A program made the translations under genes and the position numbers. This document shows positions 1-14,800 of a stretch of 64,000 nucleotides of DNA, in pieces. A model generated the notes under the pieces. The model was given only the letters and a program-made list of their open reading frames with translations. It did not search any database and was not told the DNA's origin. The stretch covers positions 8,482,184-8,546,183 of the forward strand of contig OZ316895.1 of NCBI GenBank assembly GCA_973895155.1, written 5' to 3'. This DNA comes from Marsupella aquatica. Taxonomy: Eukaryota; Plantae; Marchantiophyta. How positions within the stretch are numbered: the stretch's first letter is position 1; each line of letters opens with the position of its first letter.

Positions 1-626
1 GACCCTTGAAGTGCAAACTTAACTGATTGTGCATACTTTTGGCCCGACTTTCGAACCTGCTTTTGAATTGCATACATATGTACGTGATCACTTACTGCAA
101 ATAAATTCTGGCTGGTATTTTGTCCATGCACGGACACTGTGCGACTCTGGTATGTATGTGGAAGGCCCGGTGGATTGAAGGAAATGAGGGGGAATGGATC
201 CAGGTTAGCCATGCGGGTAGCCACGCATATTTGTCTTCCAATCCTACATGATGGCATGTTCTTATGATTGATTGAAAGCTTCTGTGAAAGCAATTTAAGA
301 TTTAGCAAGCATTGGTTCAACATTGGCAATAACACCAATTAAAAGCAAGCACATTGTGAGTGCTTTCAACTGGCACTTTTGCACCAGAGAAAACTAGCTA
401 GCTAGGACTCATCTTTGTAAAGAATATTCCAAAAAGATAGGGGTAGAAAAATAGTTCAATTGTTTTTTTCTTATATTTAAGGTGTTTAATTTAGCGAAAA
501 ATGTCAAGCGTGTTATGAGACCCCCTTTATAGTGAGGCCCCCGAGGAAAGAGGGTTTTGAACGTGCCCTACATCTGTAACATTGCTCTGTGTTGCAAAGT
601 CTCTTGGTAATTGCTATACTTTTGGG

Positions 627-776
627 ATCAGAAGGGCTTTGATAGCCATGTCTATGAATGAGACCTGATAATCACCATTGCGGGATTCACTGTATCTGGC
701 TATCAGAAGGGGCTTGGATAGCAATGTCCATGAATGAGACCTGACAATCAACATTGCAGGATTTAATCTATCTGGC
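627..776. repeat. Diverged tandem duplication, about 75 bp x2
   Basis: atcagaaggg..gatagc.atgtc.atgaatgagacctga.aatca.cattgc.ggatt occurs at about 627 and again at about 702. Confidence 0.85.
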
Positions 777-3521
777 ATGCAGCACTGAAAAGATCTGGAG
801 TGGTCTGCGGTTGAGTCCATGGTCACATGAAGACTGAACAAATCTTCCCTGCCACCATATTTTCTAGCTCCCAAAATCTGGGGCCCTCACTTGAAGGGGG
901 GGGGGTCTCCTATATCACGTGCAACAGTTTTGAGTCATAAACACCCTAAGAATTATTATTCTTTTTACCCCTGTTTGATTTTTGATTGAAACCTTTCCTT
1001 TTTTTATATGAATGCTATGAAAAGATTAAGAGCAAGGGATTAAGAGACTCTATAGTTATCTGTGCGTGATAGCTAGGTTGAAAGAAAATATTTGAGTATT
1101 GGGGCCCAAAATACCCAACCGTAGCTTCTCTATCCTCAGGTACCAATATTAGACTATGAGGTCCCATTACTAGCTTGACCTCACTTCCTCAGGCAACAAA
1201 GCTTCAACCTCTGGCACTATTTTGGCTCGGTTAGTTCCAAATTCCTGACAACATTATTTAATGATAGTATAAAGTAAGCCTTCATGCATGTCAGTCAACA
1301 AGGGAGGCAAACTTGGAGTGATTAACAAAGTCACATAAACGTGCTTTCCACACAATAGGCTGACCCCTCCGATAAGACATTATATGTGGTGCGTGTCCAA
1401 ACTAAGGGTTTAATAAGACTGCCCCCAAAAGGATTCTGCATGGATGCCTTTTACAACTTCTTCAGACGTAACGGGGGGACTACATGCATGCAAACAATTT
1501 TGGATATTGCACTTGGTTTGGCCCATTTCTCCTTTGGATATGTCCTCATTCATTCCGAAGCAAAACCCATATTTCTCGGGGAAGACGGGGTATTCGAGAA
1601 GCATTTTGGAGTTTTGGACTCACTCTGTCTGATGGACGGTTGATTGATGCCCACATGCTTGCTGCTGAAAATCAGTCCACTTGAATGACTGTAAATATGT
1701 ATAGCTGAGCGTTGACCAGTGAGTATTACGTTGCCAAGAAAACATCTGAGCTTGATGAGGAAATGCTGCATTGATCTTGCCGTATGGATCCTTCACAAAA
1801 TCCACAGGAAAGAAGTCTTAACATCTACACTATTTAGTGTCCCTCTTTGGTTTGTCGGTGATGAGGGTATCTATTGAAATCATATCATTCAAATGCTTCA
1901 GAAGTTTCAACAAATTAAATGAATTTCATGAAAAGGAAAGAGTTCTGGCACTGTGAGACTCTCAAGATCCTACCGAATTTCTTTCAATTCCCCGAAGAGA
2001 GAAATCTACGATCATTTCAATATTACTGGTGATCAACCTAATTAAAGAGATTGGTCTCGTCATTCAAGGTCTATTCTAAAGCTAGCTGGCTCAGCCTTTG
2101 CATGTGTTGATGAGGGGCTGGTGAGCATGTCGATCACAGCAAATGATCAGGGGCCCGGGTGGTTTGAGGCGAGAAGAGGGACTTAGCTCAATTCTGGGTC
2201 CAGCAAGTGCAGTGCTGTAAGTTCTGCTTCACATTCAGAGCCCGAGAAGTAACATTTGATGCATTAAGTTTAGGGTTTACTTTAGGGTGAACTTCTGGCT
2301 CCGATCCTACGGCCATACAATGCACTCCAACGAGAAATCTATTGCACCCTTGATTGAAGAACGCCTGCGAAGGTGAAAGATCGATCACGTACATGATTAT
2401 CAATATCTGAAGGCGTTGTGAAACTATCGGTTGTCGATTTCACCAGTTTGAGCCCTTGCCTGCCCATTAGAACGTCCTCCAGAGAATTTTTGCGGAGGCG
2501 TATATTCACGCGGGGTATCGAAGAATATGTGCCGAGCTCTCCGTCAATCATGACTTTTTAAAGGTAATCCATATACACAGCTAAAGATTCCACAAATTGA
2601 CCAAGACGGGAGCTTGATCGATCAGCTGCTCCATAACGGGCTTCAATTCAAAAGTGGGACGTACGAATTGTCGATAGTCGATCCCCACACACGATCGACC
2701 ACCTACAGGGACCAGGACCTTGTCTGGACCTTGTTCGCCCCTCGGTAAAATCGGTGAAATCAGCGAAAGGCGCGTAAGCTATGCATGGATCCTTGACTTG
2801 CAAATTAAGCAAATTAATCAATGAATCTAGGAATGAATTTATATATTTCCAGAAAGGTGGAGTACTGGAGGTCGGTGAACCTGTATACCGTACCAACGAT
2901 GAAGGTCTTAAGGTTATTTAATTTAGTTCTCGCAATTCCATGAAACCAAAACCTCGAGTCAGAGCACGAATTAATTAATAATGTTTCACATGCATGATTG
3001 TTTGTTTATTCAAAGTAGAGGTAGGGAGCTCTTGCTTCAGAGTGCAGTATCAGTGTTTGATAATCAATACCTGTCTCAAACTGTCAGCACTTGATTCAAT
3101 GTTTTCTAACTTCTGATTGCTGTGCAGGAATTTAGGGTGTCTTACTGAATAACTCCCACCCGGGCAAACGGCCTCGATTTGCTAATTCTCAACTGAAATT
3201 TGGATGAAATATTTAGATTAAGTCCAGTGTCTGGTTTTGGATGGGAAATCTCAGAATCCGGATACCCAAGGGACAACTGAATAGTATCAATTAGTTTGTC
3301 AAACGGAAAAATAATAGCAGTAGTAGTCTGATCTCTCAGAAAGCTCCGGATCGACTGTTACAGACCCTACCAAAAACTAAGTTAATGAATGGTAACCACT
3401 GGTGATGATCCGCCCCATCTTGCTTGACCCTTGGTTGAACACTCAGGTAGGGTCAGTGGGTCAGCGAAGACGATTGTATAATGCAGCGAGCCTGATCGAA
3501 GGCCTTCAGCTCGATACTGAT

Positions 3522-3998
3522 CGAATCATATGTCAATGTCCTGCATTAATATTCGTAACAACTGACGGTGAGATTTAGAGGTATACAGGAGTGTTCACTG
3601 AATCTAGACGACCGGGATTCTAGAGAAACAAGTCCTGCTGCAGGGCGGGCTGCAGGGCGGTGAAGATCAAGGGAGGGCGATGTGACATGCGAGATTTGAT
3701 ACCCGCCGTGTTCGATAAATTGCATGAGTTCGAGTTGAATGGGAAATGAAACAAGTCGTCTAGCTTGACACTGAATCATATGGCAATGTCCTGCATGCAT
3801 TAACATTCATCCCCAAATCACAGTAAAATTCAGAGGCATACAGAGCACTGTATCTAGACAACCAGGATTCTAGAAAGAACAGCCCTGCGCGGCGGTGAAG
3901 ATCAAGGGAGTGCGATGTATCTTGGCGTGCGAGATTTGATATACCCGCCCTGTTTGATAAATTGCATGAGTTAGACTTGAATGGCAAGTGAAACAAGT
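3522..3998. repeat. Diverged tandem duplication, about 250 bp x2
   Basis: Shared blocks gaatcatatg.caatgtcctgcat, ggcggtgaagatcaagggag, tgcgagatttgata, gataaattgcatgagtt and gaaacaagt in 3522-3757 and 3773-3998. Confidence 0.9.
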
Positions 3999-5216
3999 AC
4001 CAGTTCTGTCTCTAGTTTGTCTTTAAATAAGCTTATACCAGCCCTTTCTGTAGGGAGTACAAGACACTGGTTGAGAAACGATCTGGCTAAATTGTTGGAA
4101 GGGATTGACCTTGATCGAACCAACCCATCAGCTAACGGCACCGAGCCACGATTGAGTGCCATTTTATATGTACGCTACAAGCTAGCGAGTCCAGTTTCGT
4201 CACTAAAGGTTAATACTTCAGGCCTTGGATCCTCGGAATTCGTGCCCCCGCTTGTGACTGAAAGATAGCCCGGGGGCGAATTGATACAGGAGAATCACTT
4301 GGGCATGAATCCAGACTTCAACTGGTAAGAGTCAAAAGCAGGGAAGCAAGTCGATATCTCCACAGTGACGAAAGAACCGAAGCACTTGTGGGTTTATTCC
4401 GTGGCCAAAAATAAACAAAAGGAAGGAGTCAGTGTCCCTAGCTAGCTACGCACTGAGTACAGCATTGCTCACGTACCGAGGACTATATTCAGGTCTAGCT
4501 AGATCGAGTCAGAACTAACGACGATATAAAGTATTCATCTCTCATCATTCGGAGCTCAAACTACCTAGATTTCCGAGTCAAATAGTCACAACATGAGTAC
4601 CATATGGACATATCAGATCTGACGCTCCTAAGCTAGGCAAAAATCTTGTATTTTTTTCTTGAACTTTCATGTCTCACTTCCACAAGACGTTATTCCTTAA
4701 TTTAGCCTTTTGGAGCAAAGATTAAGTCTCAGCCTCAAAACGTTAGAAGATTAATATGGAGAACAGAATGATTTCAATCGTTGAGTAAATATCGCTGCAT
4801 GCATGCACAGACGGACTCCCCGAATCTAGTCCCTTGTGTAGGACTCGCTTTGAATTGGGTGCCCGGATCAAAAGTTTGGACGAAGAGTGTAAGTCGTCGA
4901 TCAGATCTCATGGCTTTAGATTCTAGACTCCGTCCACTGTCTATCCCGTCCCAAAATTTATTGGGGTGCCCAACGCCTCAACTTTCCCCCTCCCAAAATT
5001 TATTGTGGTGCTCTACGCTCCGAATCTCCACACCTTGAACTCCGTGAACAACCTGAGCTCTAAGAACAGCAACTTTTAAGTACCCATCAAATTAAGTTGC
5101 TTGGAATTCTGCCCTATTTTTTCAGTACATAAAATACTGCGGCCACTGTTTTACAATGCTGTTACAATACAACACAGGTTACGTGTAAAATGAGTTCACC
5201 AAGGTAACTATATACG

Positions 5217-5378
5217 GGAAAATCGTTGGCCGTTTTCTAAATATTAAAAAAAAAAGGCTAGAATATTATAAGTGCAGACAACAACCTCAAGTTAAACCGG
5301 AAAACGTTGGCCGTTTTCTAAATATTAAAACAAAAGGCTGAGAATATTATAAGTGCAGACAACAACCTCAAGTTAAAC
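5217..5378. repeat. Near-perfect tandem duplication, about 82 bp x2
   Basis: ggaaaa(t)cgttggccgttttctaaatattaaaa...gaatattataagtgcagacaacaacctcaagttaaac repeated twice. Confidence 0.95.
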
Positions 5379-6385
5379 ATCTTACACCTCTTCAGCAGGC
5401 CCAACCCTAAACCCTCCTTAGTAGGGCTGAGGCCCAGACCTTCACCCTCCTTCATAACGCTGGGGCAGTTTGCTTTAGGGCCTCCCGTCAGGTTCAGCTT
5501 CGTGACTCTTTTATGCGGTTTATTCCAGAGCTTTCCCAGGCCTTTCAGTTCTCCCCTCAATAGCCTGGTGTTAGCCTTCACTGCCCTTTGTAGGTTACTT
5601 TTTTATCGTTGTTATTTCTTTGGCTTTTGGTTGGGATCCCTTTTTTCTTCCCTTCATGGGTTGTTTTGTCTTTGGTATGTTGGGTTGTTTTGCCTTTCGG
5701 ATCATGTATCCAGGCATGTATCCAGGTTAGGCGTTTCCTGCCTTTGTGCTGTGATATGTACAGTTGTCTGAAATCTTGCTTTCACATCCAATTGTTTTGT
5801 TTGGCCTCTCCCTCAAATGAAACTTCAAAACCGATCATGACAATCACGCTCAGCTTCTTCTCGACAGCTGATCAACTTCTACAAGGAGGATGGCACTGCG
5901 TGCTAGCTTAGACTATGAGCCATCCACTCTACATGCAAATTGTCCAGTTCCTCCTTGTACGAGATTCGACGAGGTCCTTGTCACAAAAAAGTTCAGAAGG
6001 ATTTCAAGCTCGAAACCGATGATTTATGCCTCACTCATGAGCGCACATCTGAGCGCTTTGCATGTTGATCATACTCGAACAACAGGATTTGTAACAGGTA
6101 GCTCAACGATACCCCGCGACCAATTTGAAACCGCTCTGAATTTCATTTCCAGTTGATGTTAAGATTGGTGACAGCCTTCATATATCCACGAGGGTTGATA
6201 CCACTGATGATCGGAAATGCTGCCAAAGCTCGATCTTCGGTCCCCCACCACCTGAGTACGATCATTGCTTTACGCGTGAAATAGTTCCATTCAAGTGAAG
6301 AATTTGGAGCGGCGGGATCTGGCTGGCCAGCTGCTCGACCGAGGAGCTAGATCGATTTGCTGTCTACGCTGCAGCTGCAGCAGCA

Positions 6386-9300
6386 ATGGCGGCCAATATT
6401 CTGGATCTCACGGACGACAACATCTCAAGCATTCTGTCACTTCTGCCGTTCTCAAGCTTACAGTTTGGGGCTAAGAACGTATGTAAGCGATGGTATCGGC
6501 TAGCTCCCGCCACGGAAACCAAGCAGCTTACTTCGTGGTGCATTCTCTCGTGCCCAGCGAGATTACATTCTTCCTCAAGAGGAAAGCTTTCGCGCGTCGG
6601 ATCGTTCAGACGAGAGTATGCACGTTCGGGCAGTGTCATAACAGCATTTTCACGTTCGAGCAGCTCCAGAAGACGGCTCGCTTCGGATAATAGTGGCAAC
6701 TTCCATGTAGTCATGTTCGATCCGTCGACTAGAAAGTGGCTGAAAGTGAGGAATCCCTTCGGTTACAAAGGTCCGTGTGGATCATCGGGTCGGGAGCTTC
6801 TCTGGGTTCCTTCCACCGGTGGATATTCAGGTTTGATCCGGAACCATGATCGTTTAGACCGCAATTCCAGGCTAGGGATTAAATTCAAATCTTGGGTTGA
6901 CAATATGAAATTGATTGTCATCGCTTAATCAGTACCTAGGAACATCGAGAGATGGTATACCGCAGTCTTGGAGCCATCGATTTTAGTGCAAGCCGTACTT
7001 TACGACTGATTTCTTCTTTAATTCCATCAGATGATATCATGTCAGTGGAGTATCAATAGATCCAGCTTATCTGGAGCCTTCGTTTAGCATATTATGCATC
7101 CGTCATGCAACCTAGCTAAGAGATCTCAAACAGGTGTGTAGGCAATCTGCAATAGCACCTTCGGGAGCACCTTCAGATTATTTTGTCGTAGCACATTGGA
7201 GTGCTCACTGGCAACATACACTTGTACAGAATTTTCGTGACAGTGAGTTTCTTGACAGTTTCTTGCTGACTGCTGGATCGATCATGCTAACATGGCATTG
7301 TTTGAGAGAATGCCAATAGTTTTACAATCTCTGCAGATCATGATGGCATCTCATAATCAATGTGCTGAATTGCATTTCTCTGGCTGTCACAATGTAAATA
7401 ATTGGGCACATGATGATTTTTCCTTCAGGACTTGTATGTGTGTTCGAATGGGACGAGGAATCGTGCCACAAGACCAACACGTATTGGGTCGGCAATCCAA
7501 TCACCAACGACTGGCAGTGCATAGAAGGGCCGTCGCCATGGCGAGGCGTGCACCAGCTGGTGGTGGATCCCGTCACGAAAACGTACAAAATCATCTCCAT
7601 TCGATGGGAACAGCTCATGACATCCGAATTCGAAGTTCCTCAGGGCGTCTGGAGAGTTGCCATCTATGATTCGAAGGAAGAGAAATGGCGGTATGGAGCC
7701 AACTGGAACATGCCGAAGCCTTCGACAGGCAAGCCATACTACCTCTCCTCGAGAACCCACACTGCCTCTGACAAGATGATGTACTTGCTGATGTACAGAG
7801 CCGGAAATAGGATGAATTGGGAGACCTATACCGAGATTCAGATTCTGGGCTACGACATTCAGAAAGACGAATTTACGTTTGTGACTCCCCTGTCTCGATT
7901 CGACCACTGTCTGGAGTACTTCGATCCCACTTCCTGTAGAGACTGGCCTGTCCACTTAGTCCTCAAAACGGACGAACGAAGTGCCCATACCTCGGGAAAG
8001 AGAAAAGAGCCTGCTGAAGAAGCATCTACCTCAAAGCGTACGTCGACCGTCAACCCTGCTGATCCGTCTTGCCCAGTCTTGTTGGTCACCTGCTCAACTC
8101 GCACCGTACCTAGAAGTAGGTGCCGAACAATGTCCGTGTTGATTGGCAACGTTATCAACGCTAGACCGCGTGCATTCCACAAGGTGAGATCCCTCCGATT
8201 CCAGCACATTATTTTGTTAAATTGCTCGACAAGGTGCTCACGTCCACTGGTCAACGACATTATGCTCAGGGGAAAGTGGTTTGAGAGATAGTAGTCATTC
8301 ACACAGATGAGTCGTATGAAAATTAGAGACCCTTGCCACTTGAATATGTGGAACTGGACCCTCCCCAATGATTAACCCGGCCTGCGTCATCTCCATCCAG
8401 ATGACACGCAAGAGCAGAAGGGATGTTGTTGATAATTTGATTGGGAATTAGTTTGATTTAGCTGAGAAGAATCTGAAGATCGATGTTGGCAGCACGAAAA
8501 TCTCAAACTCAGAGGACGCGATTTGAATGCACAAAGTTCAAAGTAAAGACTCTTAGATTTCAGAGAAAACACATCAATTCAAGCCTAAAGAACGCTGGGG
8601 AAACGATTCTAACTCCCTTAGAACCGCCTGCCTCCTGAAATCATGTGGTCAACTGAATCCACAGAGTCGTTGATCAATCGAGCTTCTCCTTAGATTCTGT
8701 TGTCATTGAGATGTGGGCTGCGTATCGTGTGAACTAGAATTGTATCGTGTGAACTAGACGTTGCGGTGTAATTGCTCCAGTATTGCGGTCATGGCAGCTA
8801 TCTGGGACGTTTCAGTTCCTCACTAGGAAGAATGAGGGCAAACCTAGCTCTGTCCACTGCCCCAATAGAACCGGATCAAAGAGGGCGGACCTCCGGGTTT
8901 CACCCCGGGGAGTATTTTATTTTGAACCACTGGCCTGTTCGGCGTGGATTCCAAAATTAAAGAAACAAATTTAAACATATTATGGGTTCAGCCGCGACTC
9001 AACTCACTAAGTATGCTGTTTCAAATGATAATTCAATTCAACGGTGTATGAGCATCATCCTTGCCTTAGTAGCCATTACTTCACTGGTACGAAATTATAT
9101 ACTAACGTATCGATTTGGAAACTTAGGATTTAGTAGATTAGGTTTACGGAGCATCCATTGTATTTGGACAGCAGGCTTGGAGCTTTGGCCTTAATCGTTT
9201 GCACTGCTGATGGCAGGAATTTATCAATAAACTATGCATATTTGAATTCAACTGCGCCAGCGGCTCTTGGGACGTCCAGGATGAGTCATGTTCACAGGTT

Positions 9301-9820
9301 AGATGTTTCACTCAACCTTCCTAGACCAATATTTGGCTGAAAGTCTTTCCAAGACTCGGATATTGCTAGGTGGTGGACATTGAGGCGAAGAGGGTCATAT
9401 AAGAGATTGCCGGTACCTGGTCAGTCAGGTTGTCCTTCTCCAAAGTAAGTGATGCTTGGCATCTTCAGGTAGGCAGTGGATGTTTTGTGAGAAAAACAGA
9501 ACGTTTCTTCTATGTTGCAGGTGAGAGGGAAGTTCTACTCGGAGGACAGGGTGTTTCATTGTGCTGGAGATAGAGTCGAGCACTTGTACTACGCTCACGT
9601 GGACGAGCATCAAAGTGTCGTGGTGTACAATGCCGAGAAGGACAACTTCTCTAGTTGGTCTTGCCTCCCTCCTCTAGGGGACGAATACGGAGGATGCATT
9701 GCCAGGAACTACCATTCCCTTGGTAGCTTCGTTCCCAGAACAGATGCCACCCCTTGCAAACCAAAAGAAGCTACCGCCATCAGCAGTTTGCAGGCCCTCC
9801 TATATCTTGAAAACTGCTAG
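6386..9820 (+). CDS. F-box protein with a probable kelch/FBA-like beta-propeller C-terminus; exons about 6386-6830, 7429-8183, 9521-9820 (an extra internal exon is possible)
   Basis: N-terminal F-box motif LDLTDDNISSILSLLPFSSL..KNVCKRW. Junction phases match: tcag|gtttga to ttcag|ga gives GGYS-G-LVC; caag|gtgaga to ttgcag|gtg is phase 0. Motifs YWVGNPITNDW, IYDSKEEKW, GYDIQKDEF and VVYNAEKDNF are typical of plant F-box-associated repeats. Confidence 0.8.
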
Positions 9821-10911
9821 GTTGAGGTCACATCTTGATATTGAACCACTACATAGCTCATAAATCCGAGGATTCCCGGTGCCCCTTGATATAAAAATAC
9901 TCTATGACCAAGGTTTTTAGCTTCTTTCATACAAATTCCGGATTCTCAAGCTTGAAGTTCTAATTTACCTGTGAACCAAGACATTTGGTCTTTGGGCTAT
10001 ACTAGCTTCCCATGACCATGATTCAGACATCACTAAGCCCGAAAGCTCAGTACCAGTACTTTGATCCGGCTCAATTTGACACTGCAGATCACTGCCAAAG
10101 ATTGGCTGCCACAATCGTTGCCGGATTCTCAAGACCATACTCATCACGGTCTCCACAGATTCACCTCCACACATTTCCATTAGATGATGTTGATTCTGGA
10201 AAGTAGCATAACGGAATCAGATATGTTGGTCATATTAGACCTACAAAGCTCTGTCCCCGACACTCTATAGTTATATTGGACATCCTGTTGACAGCATGAC
10301 ATGTATACATAGACGGAGGATTAACACATTAGAATATCCCTCCACTGTGAAGATTTAGAGAGCTTTATCAATCCCTGTGTGTTTAGAACGAGGGAAATCA
10401 AAAGAAGACGAAGCTAGCCCCATAGTCGTAGAATCAGTCGATTCCTAGATCCCCGCCGCGAAGATAAGAGAGCTAAACAAGCGTTGTCTTTAGAACGAGA
10501 CGATGGAGTTCCTCCAGTTGATAGAATATTCCCACGGAGACGGATAGTGTAAGTATAGGCTATCAATTCACAAATTGGGGCTACACAGACATCAATTCAC
10601 CAATTAACAAATACACCCAGGTTGATAAAGTCTACACTCGTCGAACTGCTGTTGAGGATTGTCCTATTATGCACATGAAAAGATGAATAAGAGTAACAGG
10701 TAAAAACCATCCATCCAACGGCGTCCAGATGGTCTGGTACAGCATGAAAGGAATCTTCCATCCTTCTGTGGCCCCTTGCTCTTAGTTAATTTAGCATTGG
10801 ACTTTGAACTCACTGCCTGGCCACCTTCTTGTTGATCAGTGGAGTCTTCTACCTCGTGGATTCTGACTCAGTAACTTGATCCCCTTCAGAATGCCCAACA
10901 TAACTGCCCTG

Positions 10912-11110
10912 TCAGTACCACATCCTGCACTTCTACTTCAAACCATTTTAGTTTCTACATTGTGCACCTCGCTCATGACAATCTCAGGATTCCATTCTGG
11001 TTCCCTTCGGTTCAGTACCACATCCTGCACTTCTACTTCAAACCATTTTAATTTCTACATTGTGCAACTAGCTCATGACAATCTCAGGATTCCATTCTGG
11101 CTCCCTTGGG
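10912..11110. repeat. Tandem duplication, 100 bp x2
   Basis: tcagtaccacatcctgcacttctacttcaaaccatttta...gctcatgacaatctcaggattccattctgg at 10912 and 11012. Confidence 0.95.
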
Positions 11111-11803
11111 TTGTATTCTTCAATACTTATTCATCATCCACGCTCTTATGATCACGGGAGCCTGCAATGATTGCTTGGCTTACTCATGATCTGCACTCAA
11201 TATTCTTGGAGCAATCTGAAGGTAGTTCTTCTCAAATGAAATATTCTCCAATCTGACTCTTTCAATGAAATAACGCATTTCGATAGGTTTCCCTTCTACA
11301 CTTCAACACATAGCAAGCTCACCTGGTAAACAAACTCCTGAGTAAAATAAGTCTGCAAATCTTTCCTCCTCGCATACTACAATCCCTTCACTGGTTCTGC
11401 TTTTTATTACAGAACCGTGCATTCAAACTGAATTCGCAACCACCGTAATTTGCACCGTTGATGCATGGATGGATTTTTCTTTCACATCGGACCTAGCGTC
11501 TATTGGCTACCTGCAGCCCACATGAACTTTTCGTCAAAGTGATTCCCCAAATCCTCAGCAATGTGCATTGTCTGGTCACCGTTACACAAGAAATTAGACC
11601 GTCCAGTTGGCGTCAAACCCTATTTTCCTGCTCAAAACAATCCAAAAACTAACCACAAACGTGTCTCCAGACAGTACACATGGAAGTTGGGCATACAAGT
11701 CGGAAGGCCTACCACAAGCTTCATAATGTTGTTGACTTGAAAGTGAACTGGTCAGCGAACTGAATCCATAAGGTCTTGCATGCCTCTGTTGCAGTCAATC
11801 TAG

Positions 11804-14800
11804 TCAACCCTCATTGTCATCTCCTTCAGGGAGAAGATAGGACTCTATCTGCGACCTGCCAAATTAGACACCAGAAAGATACACATACCTAAGTTTGCAT
11901 CCAGAGAAAATCCCCGCTCTTTGAAAGAAAACAGACAGGCTAAGATCAATCCTCAAACAGGAGCTGAGAAATGAACACATGCAACTACTGCAGTAATATA
12001 CCCGATCTCTCAACGAAGAAACAAATCCAGCATGATAGATAAGCTATATTCTATATTGTAACAATCTGCATAAGGCACCGTCAGACAAACCTCATCCACT
12101 TCTGTTGAGTTGCATAATTTGCGGTGCCCCTCTCTTTCATGATTTTTGGAAGCAGTTCATATCGCCCAGAAGTATTATTTTCATTTTCGGGTATAATCTG
12201 AAAGCAGCAACTGGGGCAACAAGTACTTTTAAACTCCAAAAACTCATTCAAGACATTTCCATTGATTTTGGATTTTGGATTCACGTTGATTCGCGTATGG
12301 TCTGCAGGATTGATGTTCGCTCGAGCATCCGAAAGATCTTTCCTGGTGACAGGTGCACAACATATTGGGCATAATATATCCATGTTGAGATCTGAATTTG
12401 ACTGGCTGCTAGTGTCAGTTTTACAAGCTTGTGGATTCCTCCGCCGTCGGTTGGGAGGTTGAAGAACATCATTGAAGCTGAAGGATTTCAATTTTGCTGC
12501 TGTTCGTACAATGGCGTGTTCGCGGGACGGGTTCTCCTCCTGGAGATGATTCACCAGCGATGTCAGCAATGCACAGAGAAGCCAATGGCAACAAATAATA
12601 GGGAAAGAACAACTGACGTAGCTCAAAAGTAGGGTACCAGGTACCTGGAGGAGAGTGATGAACGAGTGAGCCAAGTTGTTCAAACTGCTTTGTGAAGCAG
12701 CCATTGTAGTGAGACCTTTGATGAAAACAGTTTTAAATCTGGAGGACATTTGGATAGCCCCAAAATATTAGTTGTAACAAAACTAAAACGTGAAATTTTG
12801 CATGCCTACGATCCAGAGTCGACGAAGGCATCACCGAAATCAATGGAACTGCAAAGACACACTAACCGTCATAATTTCATCAATGGTCGACGGGGAATGC
12901 AAAGGTGGGGGCAGGTCAACCGAAGTTATTTCCAATCAGATTTAAAAAGAGCCAAGCTCCGGCATTAAAAAGAGCCAAGCTCCGGCTATCAAGGAAAGCA
13001 TTTAGACGTCTCAGCAATTTGTGCAGCTTAAGCACCGATCCCGATCCGCTCCGCCCTATACAGACCTAGTCCTTGTAGAGCGGAGCCCGCTCTGAAAGTT
13101 AGGCACTTGACCGATGAGCCACCAGGCCCTCCTGGGTTAGGCTACCGTCTAACAACACACAGAAGAAACAAACATAGCAGAAAACCCGCTGGATTGGATC
13201 AAGGCCCTCCTTTCCAAAATGTAGACGCATCAAGGCCCCATGAACAAGAAAATGCAGTGCTAGCCTACCACAGCACAATTACAGAAACTGCATGAAGTAA
13301 TGAGGGTCAAAGAGAAGCTCTCGAATGCAAACTACAATAGAGGAGTGATCACTGATTGCCCATTGACCATGCCGACTTGCGACACCAGAACAAACTTTTT
13401 CATCTGGTTTCAAAATCACTCTTGAGAACTTACTTTGAAAAGTAGCAAAATAGTGCCAACTCTCTCGCGACACAATCTCGCAAGGGTAGTGCCACTGGTA
13501 CAGGCCATCTTGCGTCCAGATATTGAATGTCTGCAGGTAACGAGTACCCTCGACCCTGCGGAAAGGGATCGCATTGAAAGAACTCAGAAACTCTGAAAAA
13601 CGCTAATCTAAAACGTCCCGTCCCGAGCCCCACAATCTAAGCTAAAATGCCTACTTGACAAATTCACAACACGTTTGCTCATCCGTCAAATACTAGAGAA
13701 ATTGTTCGAAAGTCCAGAGAAATTGTTTGAAGTCATCTTGAAATGGACAAGATCCAAATTAATACAATGAAATGAGCAGGAATGTTGTAGGGGTCTGCAC
13801 AGATACGAAAATTTATCTTATAGTCCAGTACAATCGTTGCATGACAAATTACCTTTGTGGTGGCCGCAATCACACGGGCTGCAATTCGTGTCGTACAAAG
13901 GCCTAGAACTACTTTCGTGTAGCCTTCCTCTTGAGCTACCTGCAAAAGAGCAACTCTGGTCAGTAATTTAGAATATGCAGATGCAATAAGTGACCAGAAG
14001 AAATGTTTCTCTGACAGGGTGGCAACAAAGCCACAGACAATGGCTATGAAGGACCCGTAATAGCACTGGGGCATGGACATCCAGAAATTACTTTGCTTTG
14101 CTCCAGAGGAGAAGAGAAAAAAAATTGACACCGAGACAGACAGATCATATATTCATTGAAACGATACTGTCAATGAGCTGGTGAAATTACTGAATGACCA
14201 TGAATTTGCAGACTATTCACCTTCTGTATTGCATGCATTCGCAAGTATTCAAGAAGATCTTCCTTTCCAGTTGCGTCATTAAGTCCTTGAAACACTTTCA
14301 AGAGCTTCTGCCCAGCATCTTCCACCGCCTCTTGCCCTCCATTTACATCACTCGTAACAGTATTATCAGATGCTCTACTGTCATGGTTGTTGTCCTTGTC
14401 AAATATGCACTGCGTTTGGACAACATGTAATGAAATTCCATCTTCTCCTCCACCTACAAACATGCTACTTATCTCGTTGACACCATTGTCCGCATCAGCT
14501 GGAGCAAGTTGTAAAACTGTCCGCTCATCAACGAAGACAACACCAAGACCAAATACGCTAAGCCCGCGATCCTTGGCTGCACCTGCATTGCTTTGAGCCT
14601 TCGACCGAATCTCCTTCAAGAGTTCAAGTGCAGCCCTGAAATGACATTAGAAGCACAAATGTGGATGAGGGCCAAAATTCATGACATGGTTGCCAAAGAA
14701 AGGTTGAACTTCATGAGGCACAGTCCCTATCAAGAGAAAAAATTTGCACCGGTGTGTAGCACGTCAGGAGCTGATATCGCTAAATAATTGTCAGTCCTGA

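Noticed and set aside
1-2950. Short protein-like ORF fragments (for example 1410-1805 and 2188-2896 on the minus strand)
   Set aside because: No recognisable motif or consistent exon structure; probably decayed TE or gene debris.
10224-10609. Possible solo LTR (tgttg...ttaaca)
   Set aside because: No matching TSD, PBS or second copy in the window.
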